Source: Dipteris shenzhenensis
Lineage: Eukaryota
DNA: 64,000 bases
Assembly (NCBI GenBank): GCA_047967505.1
Contig: CM106538.1
Reading direction: 5' to 3' (one strand)
The number at the start of each line of letters is the position of its first letter. The first letter of the stretch is position 1. The notes under the pieces were generated by a model that saw only the letters and a program-made list of their open reading frames with translations, was not told the origin of the DNA and searched no databases. Position numbers and translations under genes: made by a program. Below, one piece after another: positions 31,647 through 42,391 of the stretch.

Positions 31647-34600
31647 CCCTGCAACGTGGCTTTCGCCAATAGTGATTGTTCCGAAAAAGAATTTGAAGTT
31701 GCGGGTCTGTGTTGACTACAGAAAGCTTAACGCAGCGACAATCACGGATCCGTTTCCCTTGCCGTTTAATGATACTATGCTGGATACAGTGGCAGGTCAC
31801 GAGATGTATTCTTTTCTGGATGGCTTCAGTGGGTATAACCAGGTGCAGATGGCACCAGAAGATCGAGAGAAAACAGCCTTCATCACGGAGTGGGGAGCAT
31901 TTGCTTTCCTGGTGATGGCATTTGGGCTAAAGAATGCTCCGGCAACATTTCAATGCATGGTCCAAGAAATATTTGATGATTATTTACTAATCTTTATGCA
32001 GGTATTTCTGGACGATTTCAGTGTTTTCGGGAGTCGCGAGCAGCACCTTGAGCATCTGAAGAAATGCTTAACCCGGTGTAGGGAGGCACGGTTGTGTCTG
32101 AACCCTATGAAATGTGCATTCGCCGTGGGCAGCGGTATGCTGCTGGGTTGCATTATCTCGACGGAAGGCATTGCGGTAGATCCGGCGAAGGTCGAAGCGA
32201 TTCGGCAGGCCAAGGTTCCTGGCAACGGTAAGCAGCTCGGGAGATTCCTAGGGCAGGTTAAATGGCACAGCCGAATGCTGCGGTATCTGGCGGATGTGGC
32301 GACACCACTGTATGACCAACTCAACAAAGTACCGGTCGTCTGGTCTCCTGCTTGTGACTTAGCTTTTCGACGGCTCAAACTGATGTTGGCGACAGCACCG
32401 GTGGTTCAGCCGCCAGATTGGACGAAGATGTTTCATGTCTTCGTGGATGCCTCGGACGTGGCTATTGGTAGTGTCCTCATGCAGGAAGCGACAAGCAAGT
32501 GGTTCCGACCGGTGTATTATGCAAGTCGCAGGTTGTCAAAAGCCGAACGGAATTACTCTACGACGGAGCGGGAAGCATTGGGGATGATTTATTCCATAAC
32601 AAAGTTTCGTCACTACCTGTTGGGGAATCGGTTCACGTTTCATGTGGATCATTCCGCCTTGTTGTATTTGGTACACAAGCCCGAGCTCACTGGAAAGTTG
32701 GCCCGGTGGATGATGCTTTTACAGGAGTTCGACTTCACGGTGGTCCATCGACCAGGAAGTACACATGCCGTAGCGGATTACCTTTCGCGGTTGGAATCTG
32801 GCGAAGACCCGATGGGTGTGAAAGACGATTTTCCGGATGCCCAGCTGTTCGAACTGGAGGCGGTGGTACCGGCAGCTCCAAAGACGTGGTACGATGACAT
32901 GTTTCACTTTGTCGACACGGGCCAGATGCGCGACGGAATGTCGCGAGACCAGCGGAAACGGCTCGCGCTCAAGAGCAGAGACTTCCGGATCATTGCTGAC
33001 CAATTGTATAAGCAGGGGCTAGATGGTGTGTTGCGACGGTGTGTGTACCCACATGAGCAGGAGGTCATCCTGGAAGAGGCTCACCAAGGAATCAGCGGTG
33101 GACACTTCGCAGGAGAAGTAACCGGACGGAAGGTACTCCAAGGAGGTCTGTGGTGGCCAACATTAATGGGGGATGCGCATAGGTTCGTCAAAAGATGCGA
33201 TGTGTGCCAGAGGTTGGGCCAGCCATCAGGTCGGGACCGGATGCCACATAATCCCATACTGGCCCTCGAACCGTTCATGAAGTGGGGGCTGGACTTTGTA
33301 GGTCCGTTTTCGCCGCCGGCGAGGAGGACAGGTAACCGGTATATCCTGGTGGCGACGGATTACTGTACCAAATGGGTGGAGGCCAGAGCACTGAAGGATA
33401 ATTCGGCAAAGGCTGTGGCCAGATTCCTTTATGAAGCCATTATGACACGGTACGAATGTCCGGTTGAGCTCGTCACGGATCAAGGTGGGCATTTCATTAA
33501 TGCGGTGTTACGGGAACTGGTTACCCGGCACCTAATCATTCATAAGAAGTCCACAGTGTATTACCCTCAGGCAAACGGACAGGCGGAGTCCTCGAATAAG
33601 GTGTTGCTAGTCATTCTGAAAAAGCTGGTCAATGAAAATCGGACAGATTGGGATGAAAAACTTTACTCCGCATTATGGGCGTTCCGGACTTCCTATAAGG
33701 TTGCGACGGGGTTCACGCCATTCAAGTTGGTTTACGGAGTTGAAGCAGTGGTCCCCATGGAATTCCTAGTACCGAGTCTACGGATTGCAGCGGCAGAGAA
33801 ATTGGGCTGGGACGAGTCCGTAGACCGGAGGATTGAACAGCTGGATCGGCTGGGTGAGGAGCGGTTCAACAGTGCGTATCTTGCACAGGTAGTCCAGGAC
33901 AGACGGAAGGTCTGGGTGGACCGTCATTCAAAGAAGAAGACCTTCAAACGGAGAGATGCCGTGATATTGTTTAACACTCGGATGGGTCCGCATCCGGGTA
34001 AGCTGAAGTTACGGTGGGGAGGTCCGTATTGGGTGGTGGAGCGTTATGGTGACGGCACGTTCCGATTAGGAACACTACAGGGGGAGCTGTTGCAGAAGCC
34101 GGTAAATGGATTTCGTCTCCGACCATATACAGGGCCCATGCCACCTTACCCATTTCCGGAGATACCACCTGTGAAGATCATTTCAAATGCATTTGTAGCC
34201 ATTTCGGTGGAGAAACCGATGATGGGGGCTATTAGTACGCACGTGTGGTATCACTCACTTTATTCCGAGAAACGGTGGGAGCAAAGCTTCGTGTCGCGGA
34301 GCGAGGACGCCGCCATGCAATCTACTGAATCTTCGAAGTGGGGCTTTTATCAGGATGATGGGACACTTGATCGTTGCATGCAAACAAGGAGTTCACTAGG
34401 GCATCCAAAAGGCAATTTGGAAGCAAAAGGGGGCTTATTTCCGACTCTTTGTTTTCCAGAACTCTTCTCCCTCGCATCCCAGCTTCTCGCTGCTATGGTG
34501 GTCTTCCATCTGATCAATCCGTTACCTGTTGGGGATGAGGCTGTGCAGTCTTGGCTGACACGAGCTCGTCTGGTGGAGTTCGCGGGTTTGCCATGGGCTA

Positions 34601-36633
34601 CGACACCAGTTCATCCATTGGCGCAAGATATCTTGGCGCAGCTTGCACGCGGGCGCAAGGTCGTGGTGTATGGAAAGACTTTCACCTTGTGCAAGGAGCT
34701 GGTAGCGGCCCGGTTGCACTTGCCGGTGGATGGTCCATGCAAAGTCACGAAGCTTACCAGCAGTGCCATGGAGGCAGCTCTCGGCGCAGGTTGCAAGGGG
34801 GAGTACAACATGAAGAAGCTGGATGCTTCACAGAAGACATGCTACAAGTTTATTGCGGAGGCACTCTGGCAGAAGGTGAAAGCAGAGCTACTGGGACAGG
34901 CCCAGTTTACCTATTTCCAGAGGGCGGAGCAAGGGAAACCGGTTCCCTGGGCGAAGCTGATGGCGGACAGAATTCTGGAGGTGGCCAAGAAGCTCTTGAA
35001 GCCAACGGCAACATCCCGGATGGGGCAAGTCTTATTTCTTTTGTTCGGACCAGATGCGGAACCGGTAGTCCCAGGGTCGTATGTGGAGGTGGAGGAGTCC
35101 ACAGACGATGCTTCGGACAAGGAGTCCAAGGAGGTGGAACCAGCAAGATCAACAACGGAGGGAGCTCTGATGCCAAGGAACCAGGTGACTCCGGTAGTAC
35201 CTGCGGTGGAGGTTACGGCGATAGTACCTGCGGTGGTGGTTCCGGCAGAAGTTCCACAGGGCAGCCAGAGGAGTAGGCCCGCGGTCTCAGCAACATCGAG
35301 CCGCATGGCCAGTTTATTGAAAAGAAAGTTGGCTCTTGTGCCAGAAGGAGCAATGTTGAAGAAAACCCGCCCGGACGCTGAGGCCTTGCAAGGGGAAAGC
35401 TCAGTCCACACTCGGGAGGACAGTTCGGGGAGACAGGCATGTCAAGAGGAAACCCGTGTAGTCCCAAGGGGGAGTGGTGAGCTGCAGCTATCTCTGCCGG
35501 TGGAGACATATGATCTGGTCACGGCACGACGGTTGGTGGAGCGCTTGCTCCAATGTTTTCAGAAGGGGCAGCTAGAGGAGAATGAGGCGAGGTTGCGCCA
35601 GGAAAATGCCAGGCTGCTCGAACGCAATCAACAGCTGCAGGAGCAGTTGTTACAATTCCAACAGATGGATGCACGACGACAGCAGGATATGGAGGAAGCA
35701 AGGACGGCGATTGTCGCCCAAACTCAAGAACACCTGCGGCTGACGGAACAATTGACGGAGAAGGCTACAACTGCGACCGCCAGGGTGCAGTTGTTGGAAG
35801 CGGAAGTGATGGGGTATCGGCAACCCTCTAGCTCTACACGCATGCTGGACGAGGCACTTTTGTTGGATTTATCGGAAGCCTTCGTCGCAGAGATGCAGGG
35901 TATTTTTCTTGATCATCAATGTCAATTGCGAGTAGAGCTGGAGCGGGCTTGCAGGCCTCTCGATCGACGGTTGGCCCGGAGGGATGAGGATGATCCGGCG
36001 GGAGGGGGCGCAGGAACAACATTTTTACCACCAGTACCGGTGACAAAAACTGCGGCACAACCGGAGGGTGGAAGTTCTACATCGGCAAATACTCTCGGGA
36101 AGCAGACAGCGGCGAGACCGGTGGATTCTTCCGAAGGCTATGTCAAACGGATCGCCGAACTGGAAGAAGCCCTCCGAAGAGCGAAGGCCAGAGGAAAAAG
36201 ACCCGAGATCGCACAGGTTCCCGCAATGAAGCCACGACCCCAAGCGGACGCAGCAGCCGCTTTTGTGGCAGCTTTTCCGGAGCCAGCGGACGGGGAATCC
36301 TTTGACGCAAGGCACTTTTTGCAGCTGAAAGAACACGTCGCGGTGGTGCAACAGCAGTGTGACGATGCCAGATCTCAGCTGTTGGCACTCAAGCTCGCCC
36401 GGAAAGAAGAGCACCATCAACATGAAGTTGAGGTGAAGAGCCTCATGGCAGATCTGCTGAAGATCAGAGCTACTACGGCAGAACAATCAATAGGTGCCCA
36501 AACCAAGGAATTGGGGCGGGTAATGAAACGACTGGATGGTGTGGCGAAGAAAGCAGATCGCAGTATGCGGGTAACCGATCTCGAACTCGCTCTATCTGCG
36601 AAGACCCGACTGCATGAAGAGGAGCTACAATAG
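31579..36633 (+). CDS. pol: RT-RNase H-integrase continuing in frame into an extra ORF
   Basis: RT (FLDGFSGYNQ, FGLKNAPATFQ, FLDDF), RNase H (VDASD, NYSTTEREAL, VDH), integrase (H..H..CDVC, GLDFVGP, TDQG, QANGQAE, GPY). About 800 further codons follow without a stop. Confidence 0.95.
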   Translation: MPRERVKEELDRLLKVGFIYPVDPATWLSPIVIVPKKNLKLRVCVDYRKLNAATITDPFPLPFNDTMLDTVAGHEMYSFLDGFSGYNQVQMAPEDREKTAFITEWGAFAFLVMAFGLKNAPATFQCMVQEIFDDYLLIFMQVFLDDFSVFGSREQHLEHLKKCLTRCREARLCLNPMKCAFAVGSGMLLGCIISTEGIAVDPAKVEAIRQAKVPGNGKQLGRFLGQVKWHSRMLRYLADVATPLYDQLNKVPVVWSPACDLAFRRLKLMLATAPVVQPPDWTKMFHVFVDASDVAIGSVLMQEATSKWFRPVYYASRRLSKAERNYSTTEREALGMIYSITKFRHYLLGNRFTFHVDHSALLYLVHKPELTGKLARWMMLLQEFDFTVVHRPGSTHAVADYLSRLESGEDPMGVKDDFPDAQLFELEAVVPAAPKTWYDDMFHFVDTGQMRDGMSRDQRKRLALKSRDFRIIADQLYKQGLDGVLRRCVYPHEQEVILEEAHQGISGGHFAGEVTGRKVLQGGLWWPTLMGDAHRFVKRCDVCQRLGQPSGRDRMPHNPILALEPFMKWGLDFVGPFSPPARRTGNRYILVATDYCTKWVEARALKDNSAKAVARFLYEAIMTRYECPVELVTDQGGHFINAVLRELVTRHLIIHKKSTVYYPQANGQAESSNKVLLVILKKLVNENRTDWDEKLYSALWAFRTSYKVATGFTPFKLVYGVEAVVPMEFLVPSLRIAAAEKLGWDESVDRRIEQLDRLGEERFNSAYLAQVVQDRRKVWVDRHSKKKTFKRRDAVILFNTRMGPHPGKLKLRWGGPYWVVERYGDGTFRLGTLQGELLQKPVNGFRLRPYTGPMPPYPFPEIPPVKIISNAFVAISVEKPMMGAISTHVWYHSLYSEKRWEQSFVSRSEDAAMQSTESSKWGFYQDDGTLDRCMQTRSSLGHPKGNLEAKGGLFPTLCFPELFSLASQLLAAMVVFHLINPLPVGDEAVQSWLTRARLVEFAGLPWATTPVHPLAQDILAQLARGRKVVVYGKTFTLCKELVAARLHLPVDGPCKVTKLTSSAMEAALGAGCKGEYNMKKLDASQKTCYKFIAEALWQKVKAELLGQAQFTYFQRAEQGKPVPWAKLMADRILEVAKKLLKPTATSRMGQVLFLLFGPDAEPVVPGSYVEVEESTDDASDKESKEVEPARSTTEGALMPRNQVTPVVPAVEVTAIVPAVVVPAEVPQGSQRSRPAVSATSSRMASLLKRKLALVPEGAMLKKTRPDAEALQGESSVHTREDSSGRQACQEETRVVPRGSGELQLSLPVETYDLVTARRLVERLLQCFQKGQLEENEARLRQENARLLERNQQLQEQLLQFQQMDARRQQDMEEARTAIVAQTQEHLRLTEQLTEKATTATARVQLLEAEVMGYRQPSSSTRMLDEALLLDLSEAFVAEMQGIFLDHQCQLRVELERACRPLDRRLARRDEDDPAGGGAGTTFLPPVPVTKTAAQPEGGSSTSANTLGKQTAARPVDSSEGYVKRIAELEEALRRAKARGKRPEIAQVPAMKPRPQADAAAAFVAAFPEPADGESFDARHFLQLKEHVAVVQQQCDDARSQLLALKLARKEEHHQHEVEVKSLMADLLKIRATTAEQSIGAQTKELGRVMKRLDGVAKKADRSMRVTDLELALSAKTRLHEEELQ

Positions 36634-36972
36634 CTGCGGAGAACGAGTCATGTTGAGAGAGCAGCTATGTTGGTCGACCTGCGGACAGCATGCCGCTATA
36701 TTCATCGGATGGCGGCAGTAGCTCAGCAGGCGGGGGCGGCGGCACCACCTTTCTATGGACAGCTCCAAATTTTTGTGGATGCCCATGCTCTCAACCCGCA
36801 ACAGCTACCTTTACTTCGACCGGCGCAAGCGGCTCCGGCAGTACAAGTACCGGCGCCGGCAGCTCCAGTAGTTCCGGCGGCAGCAGCGGCAGCGGCAGCA
36901 GTTCCGGCGGCGGCAGCGACAACAGCGGCGGTGGCGGACGATGACGGTGGCGACGTCGAGGATGAACCATAG
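36634..36972 (+). CDS. In-frame Ala/Pro-rich, acidic-tailed continuation of the extra ORF after a single TAG
   Basis: ORF 36667-36972 is in the same frame as 31579-36633 and the 11 intervening codons are open. Confidence 0.7.
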   Translation: MRRTSHVERAAMLVDLRTACRYIHRMAAVAQQAGAAAPPFYGQLQIFVDAHALNPQQLPLLRPAQAAPAVQVPAPAAPVVPAAAAAAAAVPAAAATTAAVADDDGGDVEDEP

Positions 36973-37029
36973 CGGAGAACCGATGGGTTCGGATGCGGAT
37001 CCGAAATCCGATTCACCGGGAGTGCCAAG

Positions 37030-37508
37030 TGTTAAGGGCAAAAGCAGCAACAGCAAAGAGGAACTAGGGGGGGAGTCCTTAGATTATTATCATTAATACG
37101 TTGTATCTAGTTTATAGTGAGATATGAAAAGACGGAAGTTCTAGGACCAGGCGGAGAACTGACGAGGCACGGCAACCGTCACGGCAACCGTGAAGGAGTT
37201 ATGTGTGCCGGTTAGATAAAAGAGAAGAGATCGATCATTCAGGGGGCTCATTGATGAGGATCGGAGCAAGGATCAGTGTGATCAGAAGAGGAACATTGTT
37301 ATGTATCAGAGAGTACGGTGTTGTACTGCTCGGAGAAGTGTAATACAGATATTCTATTGCATCTATCTTATTGTTTTATCATGAATGATTCTGTCGATCA
37401 CTGTTCTACTCTATGAATTTTCATACGCAGTTCTGAAGTTCGATTACGCATGTAAATCTGTCGCAGTAGTGCATTTCGAGTTAGTCTTCAGAGTAGAGAG
37501 GGCTAACA
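37030..37508 (+). repeat. 3' LTR (479 bp)
   Basis: Direct repeat of 27819-28285 with a tandem duplication of CACGGCAACCGT (~37168-37191). Confidence 0.97.
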
Positions 37509-37554
37509 TCCTCTCCAGTTTGCTATGTAGAAAGCAAATGAAAAGAATGGTACC

Positions 37555-40500
37555 TTGAAGCATTGTTTTGAGGAGATTCTCCTGATCTCAATCTGTGTAT
37601 CCATGGCAAAGTATGTGAACCACTACTAGAGGACACTACAGGTCCACTAATATTTTGTGATTGCTACTGTGAGTTCTATGTAGCATTACCATTTTGTGCA
37701 TCTACATCATCAATGACATTTACTGGTTTATACTAGTTGCTCATCTCATAAAAAACAATGTCTCTGCTCACTGTAAACCTACAAGTAGAAGGGTTATAGC
37801 ATCTATACCCTTTCTACTGTAGAGAATAACCAATAAAGATGCACTTCTCAACTTTTGGATCTAACTTGGATCTCAACTCATCTGGCACATAAACTTAGGC
37901 AATGCAACCAAAAACTTTCAAATGAGAAGTATACCTCTCTTGTGGCATTATGCCATGTATTGCTGCAGTGGGAGTCTTGTTCATTATGTAGACTACTATA
38001 GCAACTATTTCAGCCCAATAATAATCTAGCAGGCTTTTTTCATTGAGCATGGCACGAGATACCTCTCCAATATGCCTGTTTTTCCTTTCTACAAGTCCAT
38101 TTTGCTGTGGGGTATGACTATATGAATATTGCTGCTTTATGCCATGCTTTTGTAGGAATCTTGCAAACTCATTTGAGAGGTACTCTCCCCCTCCATATGA
38201 CCTTAGGCATTTTATTTGTAGGCCTATTTCTTTTTCAACCATAGCTTTAAAAGCTTTGAAATGCCCAAACACTTCACTTTTCTTTTTCATAAAATACACC
38301 CAAACCTTTCTGCTGTAGTCATCAATAAAAGTGACAAAATAATGATAGCTTCCAATAGATGCAGCTTTACTAGTCCACACATCAGAGTGGATTAATTCCA
38401 ATGGCCTCTTAGTCTCTTGAACATGTCTAAGAAATGGTTTCCTTGCCTGTTTTCCAAATTGACAGGCTTCACATACCTTATGCATTTCTGCAACCTTGAA
38501 CTTAGGCAATCCTACAACAATATTTTGGGCTTGCATTAATTAAAGTCACTGTACATTAACATGACCAATGGGTTTATGCCATATATCAATATCTACAACC
38601 ACTCCGGTCCCATGTGCAAACATTGCTGCACTCAATTCAGGCATGTTTGCATCCAATGTAAACATCCTGCCCTTCTTCTTCCCCTGTGCTCTCAAGTGAC
38701 CTTTATTTTTCATATCCTCAAAAAAGCATCCATGAGGATTAAATCTTACCTGCAAGCCCTGCTCAACCATTTGACCAACAGAAACCAGGATCTTGGTGAT
38801 ATTCGGGACATAAAATACATCAGACTTGTATTTCTTTTTCCCATCCCGCATAGATAAAGGAATTTTACCAATCTGCACAATAGGATGTGCAGTATCATCA
38901 CCAGTCTCCACAAATCCTGGTCTTTCCATTTTCCTTGCATCTTGCATCTATTTTGCGTGACCTGTCATGTGGTTTGATGCACCTGAGTTAACATTTCACA
39001 CATCATTGCTTTCTTTTGCACTTGTCACAGAATTGGTCATATGGTGCACCATAAACAAAATGCTCATTTCTATCATCACCTTGTCTACTAGAGGATGCAT
39101 AATTGCCTTGTTGCAATTTTCCATTCATGATGTCGTTCTGCTTTTTATAGTAGTCTTTAGCTATATGACCCATTTTACCATAGTAGTAGCATTCAACATT
39201 GCTGTTTGCATTTTGGCATCTCTGCCATCCACCATGACCTCTTTGGCTCCCCTTGCCTCTAAAGTTACCATGTCCTCCTCCATAGGACTAGTTTTCTTGA
39301 ATTTGCTGCATATTTTGATTTCTACCACGGCCTCTAGATCGACCTACTCTACCTCTGTGTCTACCTCTTCCAGCATTTGAGTAGAAGACAACTTCTTTTG
39401 AAGTTTCTCTTGAAGAAGATGCACCACCATTTCTCTGCTCTTCAGATATTAGAAGAGCAATCAACTCCTTAAAATCAGGAAAATTCTCACGGACGGCAAT
39501 GGATGTTCGGAACTGTGCATAATCCTTTCGTAGACCATTTAAGGTCACAGAAACTAAATCATCATCTTCCACTAGTGACCCAATGGAGGCAAGTGCATTT
39601 GAAATCTTCTTCACCTTCATGTGGTAGTCATTGATGCTCATATTTTCTCTCTGCACACTATGCAACTCCTACTTGAGCTACATTTTCTTGGCTTGCATAT
39701 TTGTGCTATACATTTTTGTCAAAGTATCCCATGCCTCCTTCGGCATGCTTGCATCCTGAATATGCACAATCATAGAATCTAAAGTATTGATAGACAGCCA
39801 GTACGTAACTTTTTTGGCTCTCTCATGCCATCCTTTAAATGCCTACAACTCCTGTTGATTGGGAACATTAGGAATAATTGGTTCTGGTTCAGCTTCAATA
39901 ATGAACTCCCAATAGCCTTTTCCCTTAAGAAAATTCATCATTCTAAACTTCCATGCTGGAAAGTTGTTCTTGTCAAGCTTTTCAGTGACTATCTGTGAAA
40001 GAGGATCAGACACCATTACAGAACAGTGCAAAAATATTCTATCATTGCAAAGGACAACTTCTGCCTCACAAGGGCAAATTTGCAAAACTGACGAAAGTGG
40101 TATTTGAGAACATGGTCACTTCCTAGGGATGATTTTGCATCAACATGCAATAAGAATATTTTTGTCACTCCCAATATCTCTATTCATAGGCGTACGATGC
40201 AATTTCTATGGCAACTTTTCACCAACCTGTAGAATAGTGGTCGGAAAACAAAAAACAATGCACTCTTGCACTTTTTGATTGTGCTACTTGCAGAGATTTG
40301 CTCCCGAAATTGAAAAAGGAAAGCAACATTGATCCTCTTACCAAGACACTGCAAACTTGGTTTTCTTTCTTGATCTCCTTACCCAAGCTGTGATACCATG
40401 TGAAGAGAGTGGGAGAGAAGTAAGGAGTCTCACTTGTAGCTGTCTCACATACACAATGGGGGAATACACACAAAGGTGGAGGCTGAAAAAAATTTTCATC

Positions 40501-40749
40501 TTCTTAGTTGTGAAAGCCAAAAGAACTCTGTCTCAGTACAAAAGGAATAGGTGAACCCTATATGTGGGTCTCAAACCAAACTCAGCTAACTAAGGTGGCA
40601 TACTAACTAAGCCACTAACTAGAGTATATAAAGATAACTGTCATCCAGCTATTATTCATGGGTGGTGTACCAACCGTATCTGTAGCTGACAAGGTGTTGA
40701 CAGAAATGCACAACGGTCACCCTGGCATATGGAGCTCGATATCTCAACA
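37555..40749 (-). mobile_element. 5' half of a Ty1/copia family B element (LTR 40399-40749, PBS 40387-40398, gag ATG ~40016, PR, INT), truncated after integrase
   Basis: PBS TGGTATCACAGC (tRNA-iMet, 1 mismatch) and EKLDKNNFPAWKFRM gag start. Colinear with 21247-23560. The LTR matches solo LTR 12287-12643. Confidence 0.95.
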
Positions 40750-42391
40750 GCCTACATAGCCCTTGGGGGGATCTGCCTATTTTTTATTGATTGTTGACGA
40801 CTATAGTAGGAAGATGTGAGTGTACTTTCTTCGCAAAAAGGCTCAAGCTTTTGGTAAATTGAAAGAATGGCTACAGCTTGTTGAAAATGAAACAGGGAGA
40901 AAAGTGAAGAAAATCAGATTGGATGGTGGTGGTGAGTTTGTTTCTACAGAGTTTGGAGTTTTTTGCAAGAGAAAATGGATCAAGCGACAAACGATGACAC
41001 CACACACACCTTAGCAAAATTTAGTTGTTGAATGCCGAATGCGGACCACCGTGGAGATGGGGAGGTGTATGTTGAAAGGTGTTGGACTGCCAAACCACTT
41101 TTGGACTGAGGCTATCAATACTATGGTTTACAGCCTTAATCACAACTATATAAAGGCACTCAAAGGTAAAACACCACATGAGGCTTATAACAGTAAGAAG
41201 CCATCTGTCTCCCATTTTAGAATGTTTTGGCATGAATGCTATGCACATGTACCAGACAAAGAGAGAAACAAGCTACAACCAAAAAGCACCAAATGTATCT
41301 TTTTAGGCTATTGTGATGAGAAGAAAGCCTATAAGTTGTATGACCAAGAGGCAAAGAAGATCATAGCAAGCCACGATGTGGTGTTCAAGGAGTAGCCACA
41401 TGTAGTGGAGGTAGAGAAGAGCTCTTCCAATTTATCATCAAGTGAAGAGGTAAATCACTATGGACCTGTCCCAAGAGCTATAAAGGAGGAGGAAATATCA
41501 GATGATCAAGGTATAAGTCACCAACCTATTGTTACACCATCGGAAAAGCCATTTCCACGATGGGTAGGCAACTCTATGACCATGATAACCAGATGCCTAT
41601 GTCTGTTGAGTAGCATGCAAATGGACCAAGGTGGTCTCAGAGAATCGAGGAGCAAAGGAGGGCTTCTGCTCACATAGTCAATATGGCCTTGATGGCTGAG
41701 ATTATTGGAGAAGTAAAGGAGCTTGTGAGTTTGGAGGAAGCACTTGTAGACTGAGATTGGAAAAATGGTATGCAAGTAGAATATGATAGCATCATGAAGA
41801 ATGAAACTTGGGAGCTGGTAGATTGACCACCTAACAAAAAGGTTATTGGCACCAAGTTGGTTTGGAAGGTAAAGTACAAGGCCAATGGGACTTTGGAAAA
41901 GTACAAAGCCAGATTGGTTGCGCAAGGATTTTTGCAGATTGAAGGATTTGATTTTCAGGAATCTTTCACTCCGACTTCCAGTATGACCACTATTTGCACA
42001 GTACTATTACTAGCTGCTGATAAAAAGTGGCCCGTTTATTAAATGGATGTTAAATTAGCATTCTTGAATGGTGACCACAAGGAGGAGGTGTACATGGCTC
42101 AGCCACCTGGGTTTGAGGCCCCCCATTCTGAGAACAAGGTATATAAGCTCAAGAAGGCTTTGTACAGGCTGAAATAGGCCCCAAGAGCATGGTACCAATG
42201 GATATATAAATTTTTTCATAAATTAAATTTCAAAAGATGTGCCTCAGATGCTAACTTGTATGTGTACAAGAAAGGTGGAAAATCTACTATTATTGTTCTA
42301 TATGTGGATGATCTCCTTATTACAGGTGACTATGAAGACATGATCCAGTAGTCAACAAAGGCATTGACAAATGAGTTTAAGATGACAGACT

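Larger units (their letters stand above)
27819..37508 (+). mobile_element. Full-length young Athila-like (non-chromovirus) Ty3/gypsy retrotransposon with extra 3' ORF, TSD TCCTC
   Basis: LTRs 27819-28285 and 37030-37508 (TGTTA...TAACA), TCCTC at 27814-27818 and 37509-37513, PBS, gag-PR-RT-RH-INT order. Confidence 0.97.

Noticed and set aside
34551-35276. 241-aa overlapping plus-frame ORF and the many antisense ORFs across 28.4-37.0 kb
   Set aside because: Expected shadows of GC-rich codon usage in the main frame. No motifs.
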